From: Escherichia phage sortkaff
Sequence record: MN850581.1
Length of the DNA: 42,446 nt
Strand: one strand, 5' to 3'
A model generated the notes under the pieces. It did not search any database, was not told where the DNA came from, and saw nothing but the letters and a program-made list of their open reading frames with translations. Made by a program: the position numbers and the translations under genes. Positions 34,786-42,446 of this stretch are shown in pieces; position 1 is the first letter of the stretch, and each line of letters starts with the position of its first letter.

Positions 34786-35754
34786 TTAGTCTTTCTTCTC
34801 TAACTTTGCTTTCAGCTCAAAATATGCGTCCCAGTTGCCGGAGCTGCGCGCTTTTTCCTTCGCTGCTTCGAGCTGGCCGATATTTTTAGCGCCGCCGTTG
34901 CCTTTCACCTGCGGAGCGCCGTTAACGTCTTTCTTCGCTCTCGGCGCGGTTCCTGCTCGGCGATCAATGTCGGCGATCAGGTAGCCCAGGCGAATATGGT
35001 CGTTATTATAGGCGTCCTCGATCTCTTGTCGCAATTTTTCGTTACGCGCAAGAGCCATAACGGTAAGGGTAGGCTTTTGACTGTTCAGAAGCAAAGCGGC
35101 TTGCAGCGGCTCCGGCAGGGACGACACGATCTCCTCTGCCTGCTCATAGCCCGCGAATTTCTTCACGGCCACGGCGCGCTCCTGCTTGTACACTTCGCCG
35201 CGCTCCTGGATACGCGTCTGGAATTGCTCGGCCTTAGCCTGCTGGGTTTTCTGGTGAGCTTCGGCCTCGGCCTTTTGCTCATACCATTTGTCCATCGCCT
35301 CGGCCAGCTTGCCCTCGTCCCAGTCGATCCCCTCGTCGCCTAACTGCGGCTTAGGCGGCAGATTGTCGAGACTGGTCGCGGGCTTGTGTTCGGTCTGGGT
35401 GGATTTCTGTTTGAGCTGGCGGGACTGCTCGCGGAGCTGCGCGCGTAATTTCTTCACCAGATCGGAGTCGTTCGCGCCGTCCTCTACCTCGTCAGGATCC
35501 GCCAGGGGCTGGCCGTCGAAGGTAAACTCCTCGCCCTCGTCCTCGCCGTTCGGATCGTCGGTGGTGGTGCGCTGGCGCTCCGGGTTGTCGTCGTCGTTCG
35601 GATCACCTTCGCCGCGCTCGCCATTGTCGCCCGGATCGGAGTCGTCGGTGGTGGTTTCTGCGGTCTGTTCAGCCGCTCCGCCGCCAGCGTCGCCGCCCTG
35701 AGTGCCGTCGTCAAAGGCTGCGTAGTATTTTAACCATGCGTTACGAAATTTCAT
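34786..35754 (-). CDS. scaffolding protein
   Basis: 322 aa, acidic N-terminus, helical middle; C-terminal coat-binding helix resembles P22 gp8 (WDAYFELKAKLEKK versus VETYRKLKAKLKGIR as recalled); directly upstream of coat. Confidence 0.75.
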   Translation of the reverse strand: MKFRNAWLKYYAAFDDGTQGGDAGGGAAEQTAETTTDDSDPGDNGERGEGDPNDDDNPERQRTTTDDPNGEDEGEEFTFDGQPLADPDEVEDGANDSDLVKKLRAQLREQSRQLKQKSTQTEHKPATSLDNLPPKPQLGDEGIDWDEGKLAEAMDKWYEQKAEAEAHQKTQQAKAEQFQTRIQERGEVYKQERAVAVKKFAGYEQAEEIVSSLPEPLQAALLLNSQKPTLTVMALARNEKLRQEIEDAYNNDHIRLGYLIADIDRRAGTAPRAKKDVNGAPQVKGNGGAKNIGQLEAAKEKARSSGNWDAYFELKAKLEKKD

Positions 35755-35811
35755 TGTAGATCCCCGTTTTGTTGCATACGCGATGTATTTCGCCCATCGG
35801 TGGCGGGGATA

Positions 35812-35841
35812 AGTGTAAGAGAAGTTTTACATCATATGCAA
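35812..35841 (-). promoter_or_regulatory. candidate promoter upstream of scaffold (-35 TTGCAT, 18-bp spacer, -10 TACACT)
   Basis: Minus-strand reading of the 127-bp gap between the cassette and the scaffold gene; weak call. Confidence 0.25.
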
Positions 35842-35881
35842 GGGGGAAAGGTTTAAGGCCGATCCCCCCAGAGGTGGCGGG

Positions 35882-36148
35882 CTATTTCGTGGCGGCTTTC
35901 ACGAGGCATTGAGACAGATATAGCGCTTCGTGGTGCGGCGGGACCGAAGCGGGGATCACGCAGTACAGCGCGACGTTAGGCCCCGTGTTCGCGTGGATCA
36001 TTTCGCTGGCGACTATCCGCCACTTTTCGCCGTCCGGCCCGGTCAGGATGCCGTCGAGGTCGTGTAGTTCTTCCTTGACCTGCGCGATCCGGCTTAACGT
36101 TGTCGGTCCCTTCCCTGGGAACGCGAGATAGTGATGGACGGTTTTCAA
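35882..36148 (-). CDS. hypothetical protein (cassette gene D)
   Basis: 88-aa ORF whose start overlaps the stop of gene C (ATGA). Confidence 0.55.
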   Translation of the reverse strand: MKTVHHYLAFPGKGPTTLSRIAQVKEELHDLDGILTGPDGEKWRIVASEMIHANTGPNVALYCVIPASVPPHHEALYLSQCLVKAATK

Positions 36149-36615
36149 AATGGTATGTCCAGCGGCTTGTCGTTGTTGGCCGGAGGAACGATCTCGGCGT
36201 CCTCCACGTCCTCCGCTTTGCGCGGGTTCACTTCGCGGGCTGCGTCCGCTGCGGCCACAAAATCGCCCTCCAGCGGCCCCTTGTAGGTCAGTTGTTTAAT
36301 GCTGGCGATATCTGCGAGGAGCTTCGACTCTGCCACTACAAAGTCGGCGCGGAGTTTCTGGAGTCCGGCTTCCATGATCGGGAGGCTGATCTCTGCCTGC
36401 TCCTCGGCGGTCGGCATGGTGTAATCAATATCGATCTCGATCTCTTTTAACAGGACGTAAGCCGCATTTTTGCCGCCTGAATTAATATGCTCCTGGACGC
36501 CCCAGATCGCGCCGTAATCGTAACTTTCCACGGACACGGATCCGCGCTTGTCGCCGCCCTGGCTACCTTCGGCCACGCAAAGGCAAACGTACATTGTTTT
36601 TTTGATAGTTGGCAT
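36145..36615 (-). CDS. hypothetical protein (cassette gene C)
   Basis: 156-aa ORF; RBS AAGAGGA; no recognisable motif. Confidence 0.65.
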   Translation of the reverse strand: MPTIKKTMYVCLCVAEGSQGGDKRGSVSVESYDYGAIWGVQEHINSGGKNAAYVLLKEIEIDIDYTMPTAEEQAEISLPIMEAGLQKLRADFVVAESKLLADIASIKQLTYKGPLEGDFVAAADAAREVNPRKAEDVEDAEIVPPANNDKPLDIPF

Positions 36616-36664
36616 TGTCTCTAATCCTCTTTGGGGTGGGGCGGGACGATGCCCGCCGCCGGGG

Positions 36665-37081
36665 TTATTTGTTGCGAGCGCCGATCATGCCCTGCCACAT
36701 GAAAACGACGGTATCAGATAACAGCTCTTTCACCTCGTCCTCGCCCATCTGCTCATAAAGCGAATCAAGCGCGCCGGGGATCTGCTCCCATAGTGCCTTT
36801 TGCCCTTCTTCCACCTGCGCGTCCGTCGGCTGGAGCTGGACCTCGATCGGGGAGGGTTCAGTGTCGCCGGACTTGACGCGGGGGTGAGCGTTAGCCATGA
36901 GGGCCTCGGCCTGCATACCCACCAGCGCGAACGCCGTCGCCAGTGCCGCCAGATCCTCCTCGGTCGGCTGCTGGATAAACATCTGGGCCAGACGGGCCTC
37001 CATAGTGCGGACCTTATCGCCGATCCCGTTCTCGTCGCACTCGGCCAGAATGATCGCGCGCGCTGCTTTTACTTGATCCAT
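36665..37081 (-). CDS. hypothetical acidic protein (cassette gene B)
   Basis: 138-aa ORF; RBS GAGAGAGAA. Confidence 0.65.
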   Translation of the reverse strand: MDQVKAARAIILAECDENGIGDKVRTMEARLAQMFIQQPTEEDLAALATAFALVGMQAEALMANAHPRVKSGDTEPSPIEVQLQPTDAQVEEGQKALWEQIPGALDSLYEQMGEDEVKELLSDTVVFMWQGMIGARNK

Positions 37082-37132
37082 TGTGTTCTCTCTCGTCGGT
37101 TAATGATGCCCCGGCGGTCCGGGGCGGTCTGG

Positions 37133-37570
37133 TTATGCGTTGCCCTGCGCCTGAGCGGCCAGGAGCTGGATAATCGGCTCCACGTCGGCCTCCGCCGCCG
37201 GGATAGGCAGGTCAACCACGCCGCGCGGCTCGCCTTTGGAAATGTGGAATTTCCAGATCGCCATCACGTCGTCCAGCGAGTAGCCCGCCAGGATCTCCTC
37301 GTGGATCTTCTGCGCGCCGTTGGTTTCGTTAAACTCCAGGACCTGATCAACGGTCGGCATCTGGTTCCCGAATTTCGCCATTGTGCGGGCCATGACGACC
37401 ACGCCGACGCCACGGGACAGGAAGGTGTTACCCTGCTCGCCGCCGGAAACCATCACGGCGATCTCCGGCTCGTCGGTGTTCGGGTGGTAGGCAAGGGCGA
37501 GGGTAACGAAGCCGCCGCGCGGGGTGACTTCGAAAACGCGAGCTGCTGGGGTGGTGGTGATCTCTTTCAT
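37133..37570 (-). CDS. hypothetical protein (cassette gene A)
   Basis: 145-aa ORF; RBS GAGAGAGGA; preceded by its own promoter and operator-like palindrome. Confidence 0.65.
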   Translation of the reverse strand: MKEITTTPAARVFEVTPRGGFVTLALAYHPNTDEPEIAVMVSGGEQGNTFLSRGVGVVVMARTMAKFGNQMPTVDQVLEFNETNGAQKIHEEILAGYSLDDVMAIWKFHISKGEPRGVVDLPIPAAEADVEPIIQLLAAQAQGNA

Positions 37571-37588
37571 GGTGTCCTCTCTCAGTTA

Positions 37589-37645
37589 ATCACGATAGCG
37601 TGATGTTGTGTGAGAAAGAATAGCCCGGACGTACCGGGCTGTAAA
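37589..37645 (-). promoter_or_regulatory. promoter (-35 TTTACA, 17-bp spacer, -10 TATTCT) plus 16-bp near-palindrome ATCACGATAGCGTGAT in the leader
   Basis: Minus-strand reading TTTACA-GCCCGGTACGTCCGGGC-TATTCT; the spacer is the portal terminator stem-loop; near-palindrome at plus 37589-37604 lies about +6 to +21. Confidence 0.45.
37611..37640 (-). terminator. rho-independent terminator after the portal gene
   Basis: Minus-strand stem AGCCCGG-uacgu-CCGGGCU followed by AUUCUUUCUC, about 30 nt after the portal stop. Confidence 0.55.
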
Positions 37646-37671
37646 GTGTTTTTTTACTGCTTTCGTTAAAA

Positions 37672-39906
37672 TTATTGTGCGGCACGTTCCAGGGTGTTGT
37701 CGGCCTGCTGCTGCGCCTGGCGCTCGGCCAGTTGCTGCGCTGCTCGGTCGCTCTGGATCTGGTGGCCCTGCCCTACGGATTTCAGGAACAAGTCGGCCTG
37801 TTTGTGCGCGTCCTGGCTCTGGGCCGTGACGTACTTCTGGAGGATGGCAACGGCGGCCATTAGCTGATCCTGCGGGATAGCTGCGGCCTCGGCCATCGTC
37901 TTGACGGTCTGCGCCTGCTTGAGCTGGCCGTCTGCCTGCGTCCCCTGCGCCTTGAGCTGCAATTCTAAGCGCTTGTTGTCCTGCTCCATAACGGCGGCCT
38001 TGCCCTGGTCTGCCACGCCCTGCGCTGCGACCATCTGCGCGTCCGGCTGGTCCTGCTGGCTCTGCTGGGCCTGCGCTACCATCTGTTTTTCCTCGTCCGT
38101 CTGCGGCTTCACAATGCCGGAGAGTAAAAGCTGGTTGCGGGTGTACTCTTTGAAGTCCTGGAGGCCCTCGCCGTCCATGTTCGCGATGATCAGGCTCATG
38201 ACGATCGTCGCGTTAGGGTCGCCCGGTTGCATGGTCGCTAACAGGTTAGTCAGGCTGCGGACAGTCTGCTGGCGTCGCGTCTGGGAGGACTCGCCGACGT
38301 CGGCCACGATCTCATATTTGCCGCGCTTGAGGTCGTTAATCGCGATCACTTCCTTCGTCTCGCGATCGACTACCTTCCCGGTCATTAACACGAGGTCGTC
38401 GCTCCCGTCCTCCTGCTGGATCCTCACGTAAGACTCGGAGCCGTAAACCTTGCGAGCGGCGGACAGGTAGACGCGGCCACAATGGCGCAACGTCTTAGCC
38501 AGGTTGTCCATGTAGAGCGCGCCCTGGCCGTCCATGCGCGCGAAAATTGCCTCCACGGTTTCAGTCGCCAGATTCGACGGCAGCGCTTCGAGCTGGGAGG
38601 ATCCGACAATCTGCTGGATCGTCGCCCCGGTGTACTGGAGAACGGCAGCGAGCGCCGGAGAGAGCGGAGTCGCCGGAGTATAGCCCAGCGGTCCGGCCTG
38701 CTGGACGACCTCACCAGACGCATTACGGAGCGATTTAGCGGGCAGATACGCGGGGCGCTTCGTGTTGCGATCCCCCCAGGCGTTGGCGAGATTTCCGGGG
38801 ATCATGTCGATATCCATGATCGGGATGTTGTCGCCGCCTGCCTGCGCGGCCTGGTCGGCCATCATCGACACGATCAGGTTTTCCAGACGCTGGGCGTCCA
38901 TCGCGAGCGTGGCGTGGCCCATCACGCGCTCCTGGTTGTCGATAAACGAGCGGCGCGCGTTGAAGATGAAAACCGGGATCCATTCGAACGGGATCAGCTT
39001 CGGCTCCTCGATCCACTCCCCGCCGGAAAACAGACCGCAATAGACCTTACGACGTTTGACACGGCGATCCTTGAGCTTTTTCCAGCCTGCGGCCTTAAGC
39101 TCGTCGAAAACCTGCTCCATGTCGTCCTCGTCGTAGACCTCCGTTTCCCCGGTGAGCGGGTTCTGGTAGGAGATCACGGTGGTGTCCTCGATCTTCACCT
39201 CGTAGTAACGGGCGATATAAATCGCGTCTTTAGAGGCCCAGTCAAACCATTTGCCCGTGTTCAGCTCCATGAGGTCCTCCGGGGCCATCGCGTCCGGGTA
39301 ACGCTCCTCGTACTTCTCCGGGGTCATGCTGAATAGCTCGGCCATCCACATAGCATCACTGCGATCGTACATTTTGGAGTCAGGATCGACAAAGAGGCAC
39401 GAGGCCGGATCGTAGATCGGGTAAAAGACGATGTGCCGCTCCTCGTTGTCGGGATCAAATTCGTCCTCCAGCTCCGTGTCCATGCGAAACGCGCCCATCC
39501 CGCCGTCGATGCCGTCGCCGTAAGTGTTATCGACGGACTCCGGCCCGTTGCTCTCGTTGTAGTCGGCGCGGAATTTGCCGTTTAGCTTGTCGGCCAGCTC
39601 CTCGGATGCCTTTTCGTCCTTCGGACGGAATACCACGGAGACACGGTTTAGGCGGTAATCGGTGATCAGGCGGTCGCACTCGCGGGCCACTTTGTTAAGT
39701 TCGAATCGAGGGTATTTCTCGAATCGTTCATCATCCATCGCAAAGCCGGAGTTGGTCGATCCTTCCCACTGCGCGCCCGGAATACGGACAAAGCGCTGGG
39801 TTTCGATCATTTTCTTGCGGCTTTGCTCCTCGCTGGCGATCGTCTGGCTCAGGCGCTTACGCGCCGTCTCATGCCAGTTCTGGGCCGATTTGGTGACTCG
39901 TGCCAT
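37672..39906 (-). CDS. portal protein, P22 gp1-like
   Basis: 744 aa; similarity to P22 portal recalled from memory (ARYYEVKIEDTTVISYQNPLTGETEVY ... KDRRVKRRKVY versus [27 protein letters not shown] ... AERQIKRRRVY); Gln-rich C-terminal helical region. Confidence 0.9.
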   Translation of the reverse strand: MARVTKSAQNWHETARKRLSQTIASEEQSRKKMIETQRFVRIPGAQWEGSTNSGFAMDDERFEKYPRFELNKVARECDRLITDYRLNRVSVVFRPKDEKASEELADKLNGKFRADYNESNGPESVDNTYGDGIDGGMGAFRMDTELEDEFDPDNEERHIVFYPIYDPASCLFVDPDSKMYDRSDAMWMAELFSMTPEKYEERYPDAMAPEDLMELNTGKWFDWASKDAIYIARYYEVKIEDTTVISYQNPLTGETEVYDEDDMEQVFDELKAAGWKKLKDRRVKRRKVYCGLFSGGEWIEEPKLIPFEWIPVFIFNARRSFIDNQERVMGHATLAMDAQRLENLIVSMMADQAAQAGGDNIPIMDIDMIPGNLANAWGDRNTKRPAYLPAKSLRNASGEVVQQAGPLGYTPATPLSPALAAVLQYTGATIQQIVGSSQLEALPSNLATETVEAIFARMDGQGALYMDNLAKTLRHCGRVYLSAARKVYGSESYVRIQQEDGSDDLVLMTGKVVDRETKEVIAINDLKRGKYEIVADVGESSQTRRQQTVRSLTNLLATMQPGDPNATIVMSLIIANMDGEGLQDFKEYTRNQLLLSGIVKPQTDEEKQMVAQAQQSQQDQPDAQMVAAQGVADQGKAAVMEQDNKRLELQLKAQGTQADGQLKQAQTVKTMAEAAAIPQDQLMAAVAILQKYVTAQSQDAHKQADLFLKSVGQGHQIQSDRAAQQLAERQAQQQADNTLERAAQ

Positions 39907-39923
39907 TGTGTTCTCCGTGGGTG

Positions 39924-41546
39924 TCAGTAGTTGCTCGGCACATTATAGCCGTGATAGTCGTCGTTTTTCACGCGCTCCGGCGGCTGCATCAACATGCAAA
40001 GCACGTCGGCCATGCCTGGCGATTTCATTTTGAGCTTGGTCCGCATCTGCGGCTTAGGCATACGGGCAAACTTGCCGTTGGTGTTGTATACGCGCGGAAT
40101 ACGGCAGACCTCGGCGCGTAACTTCTGCATATGCTCCCCGATCCCGGCCTTGTCCAGACTGATCAGCTCCTCCGGGTTGTGGTAGATGCCTTTCACGACG
40201 GCCTCGTAAGTCTTTTCGAAGCGACGGCGTAACAGGTAGATATCCTGGCTCCCCCTGTTCGCAAAAGCATCAACATTTTTCAGGAGGTTGTCGCCCTCGG
40301 TCTTGTTGTTGAGCCAGTGATCCAGCTCCACCAGCCCGTCCGGGTCTTTGACGCCCTCCCCGGCGTTGTAGCCGTCCACGATAACGTTAGTCCCGGCGTA
40401 AGCCTCCGTTACCTGGCGACGCAGGCCAGCGCCCAGCCCTGCCCGGTCCCACACAAAAGCCTCGACGCCGTGGATCTTCGCCTCGCCGATCGCCCGGTCT
40501 ACTGCGTCGTTAGCGTCGCCCTCGTACCACTCGGACATATGGGTGACGACTGGCCCCTGGCGCTCGCCATAGGCTTTGTTATCGGTCCCGACGTCCGCCG
40601 GGTCGAGTGCTGCGATCCTCATGCCGGACGGTTTAAAGCCTAAATGCAAATGAGCGTCGATCGCGGCATCAAACCATTCAGCCGGGATAATGGCATCCGG
40701 CACGGAGTCATTGAAATGACCTTCCCAGACGTGATCGAACAAGGCGCGGGAGAGGGTTTTCCGGTCAAACTCCATTTCTGCGCGGAGTTCGGGCGGAAAC
40801 CACGGGTTATCCGACCAGTTGACGCGGATAACCAGGTGGAGATCGTCCTCATAGATGCCGTCGCGGAGTAGATCCTCCCAGAATGGATTAATAAATCGCT
40901 TGCTGAATGGGTCCTCACTGGATCCGGGGTTGGCGGTGAATAGCATCATGCCGCCCTTTTCGCGCATGGTCGGCGTCAGCTTGCGGATCGACTCCTCGGA
41001 GAACGTTTGCGCCTCCTCGCCCCAGAATCGTTTGAAGCCGAAAGCGGATTTCACGCCGTCCGGGTCGCGGGCCATCCCCTTAAAACGGATGATCGCGCCG
41101 TTCTCGTGGCGGATCTCCTTCTCCAGAATTTCGAAGCCGTCCAGACCGTACTCCTCGATCCGGTTGGCGAGGAGCGGGTGGACAGAATCCTTGATCGACG
41201 CCTGAAACTCACGCAGACACATAGCGCTCGCGGCCTCGTCGTGGGCGTCTGCATCCACGATCCCGCCGACGGTGAGCGACTTCCCGGAGCCACGGCCCCC
41301 GACCAGGATAACGAAGCGTTTCGGGCGTAACAGGATGGGCGTCAGGCACTCGGCGATCGTAATGTCGTGCGGGTCGCTGGTGTAAACCCACTCGCCGTTA
41401 ACCTTGCGCATGTTGTACAGGTGGCGCGCCTGCAATCCATCCGGCGCATAGACGCCGTAAACCAGGCCGCCCTCGCGCGCCTTGTAGCGGAGCATGGCCT
41501 CCAGTCGGGCCAGTCGCTCGATCGCCTCCTTACGATTTTTTGCCAT
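39924..41546 (-). CDS. terL: terminase large subunit
   Basis: 540 aa; Walker A VILVGGRGSGKS; size and position directly upstream of portal. Confidence 0.85.
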   Translation of the reverse strand: MAKNRKEAIERLARLEAMLRYKAREGGLVYGVYAPDGLQARHLYNMRKVNGEWVYTSDPHDITIAECLTPILLRPKRFVILVGGRGSGKSLTVGGIVDADAHDEAASAMCLREFQASIKDSVHPLLANRIEEYGLDGFEILEKEIRHENGAIIRFKGMARDPDGVKSAFGFKRFWGEEAQTFSEESIRKLTPTMREKGGMMLFTANPGSSEDPFSKRFINPFWEDLLRDGIYEDDLHLVIRVNWSDNPWFPPELRAEMEFDRKTLSRALFDHVWEGHFNDSVPDAIIPAEWFDAAIDAHLHLGFKPSGMRIAALDPADVGTDNKAYGERQGPVVTHMSEWYEGDANDAVDRAIGEAKIHGVEAFVWDRAGLGAGLRRQVTEAYAGTNVIVDGYNAGEGVKDPDGLVELDHWLNNKTEGDNLLKNVDAFANRGSQDIYLLRRRFEKTYEAVVKGIYHNPEELISLDKAGIGEHMQKLRAEVCRIPRVYNTNGKFARMPKPQMRTKLKMKSPGMADVLCMLMQPPERVKNDDYHGYNVPSNY

Positions 41547-41955
41547 AGCCTAAGCCCTCGTAAGCCCGTTCAATCTGGGTAAACAGCGCGCCGACCAGAT
41601 ACGCCTCCGGCTCGTCGTTCTCCGGTCCCCAGGTGATATTAAAATCATCTGCGATAAAGTTTTTGATGTGGACGACCTCGTGGGCCACGACCGCGCGCCA
41701 GTGCTGGCTCCGCTTAATTTGCACGATCGCCACATAGGCGTCGTCGGTGACGTAGGCCGTCGCTCGGCCACTCTGGCAGGGCTTCGCCGGGTCGCGCCAG
41801 TTCTCCAGCGCCTGATCCATTACCTCCAGGTGCGCGTCGTTCTGCGGGTCGATACAGCAAACGAGATAGGGGTAAGGCGTCGCCAGAAACCACTCGATCC
41901 CCAGCTTGTCGAAGCGCCCGATCGTGTCAGGCGGTAACTTATTTTTTCTGCTCAT
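41530..41955 (-). CDS. HExxH-motif protein, possibly ImmA/IrrE-like zinc metallopeptidase
   Basis: 141 aa; RAVVAHEVVHIKNF fits the AHExxH signature of ImmA/IrrE-type peptidases; overlaps both neighbours. Confidence 0.55.
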   Translation of the reverse strand: MSRKNKLPPDTIGRFDKLGIEWFLATPYPYLVCCIDPQNDAHLEVMDQALENWRDPAKPCQSGRATAYVTDDAYVAIVQIKRSQHWRAVVAHEVVHIKNFIADDFNITWGPENDEPEAYLVGALFTQIERAYEGLGYGKKS

Positions 41956-42446
41956 TCAGGAGGGCCTCCAGCGCATCAAGACGGGCGATCAGGTCGGATA
42001 GTTCTTCTACCTCGGCCCCGTGGCGGATCATCTTCACAATCACCTCGGCAGCGTCGAACGGGAGAATGCCGTCCGCCACAGCCTGCGTGACCTCGCGGAT
42101 CTTGTCGCTGGCTTTGGTCCCCTTGAGTTCAAACTGGTAGATCGGCGCGGTCGGCTTCACGTATGGCACAAGGCGGCTCAGAATGTCGCGCATCATGGAC
42201 GGGTCATAAAGCGACATCTGGATCGCGCGCTGGATGTACATATCCTCGGTCAGCGCCACCTCCACCAGCTCGTCCTCCTGGCGGATTTCGCCCGTCTCCT
42301 TGTCCTCTACGTCGATCTTGCGCCCGGTCTTTTCTTTCACCTTCACTTTTCGGAGGGCGTCGAGTAGGAGGGTGCGGAATTGCTTTTCCCGCCCGCGTCG
42401 CTGCGGCTGGTTATCCTTGCTGAATCGGTTGCCTTTCTTAAGGTTC
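41939..42446 (-). CDS. terS: terminase small subunit, 5'-partial (N-terminus outside window)
   Basis: Reading frame is open to the right window edge (LKKGNRFSKDNQPQRRGREKQF... precedes the listed start); position upstream of the large terminase; family call rests on position and the basic N-terminal motif. Confidence 0.5.
   Translation of the reverse strand, partial: NLKKGNRFSKDNQPQRRGREKQFRTLLLDALRKVKVKEKTGRKIDVEDKETGEIRQEDELVEVALTEDMYIQRAIQMSLYDPSMMRDILSRLVPYVKPTAPIYQFELKGTKASDKIREVTQAVADGILPFDAAEVIVKMIRHGAEVEELSDLIARLDALEALLNEQKK

Noticed and set aside
1-42446. Diversity-generating retroelement, retron, CRISPR array or integrase
   Set aside because: No reverse-transcriptase-like ORF (no YxDD-containing protein of suitable size), no repeat-spacer array and no tyrosine or serine recombinase-like ORF were seen in any frame.

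Overview
This window reads as a near-complete, GC-rich tailed dsDNA phage genome of about 42 kb, with roughly 70 protein-coding genes and no rRNA, tRNA, CRISPR array, integrase or reverse transcriptase that I can support. All calls rest on reading the six-frame translations and the nucleotide sequence by eye; no database search or computation was run. The right half (22.5-42.4 kb, minus strand) is a P22-like podovirus morphogenesis operon: partial small terminase, large terminase, portal, scaffold, coat, tail adaptor/hub/needle, ejection proteins and a tailspike with a P22-type head-binding N-terminus. The middle (15.6-22.5 kb) is a replication/recombination block (primase, SF2 helicase, VRR-NUC, exonuclease, ERF, SSB, HNH, XRE regulator), and 9.6-10.9 kb is a lambda-type lysis cassette (holin, R-like transglycosylase, Rz with embedded Rz1). 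The left part holds early small genes and a RepA-like ATPase. The most interesting candidates are: a four-gene cassette of unknown function inserted between portal and scaffold with its own terminator, promoter and operator palindrome; an HExxH (ImmA/IrrE-like) ORF wedged between the terminase subunits; a GTAAC iteron-like cluster flanking the RepA-like gene; a recurring ATCACG element in at least eight promoter regions; a frameshifted Dam methyltransferase heading an operon with two unknown enzymes; and an insulated Ig-like repeat protein gene.
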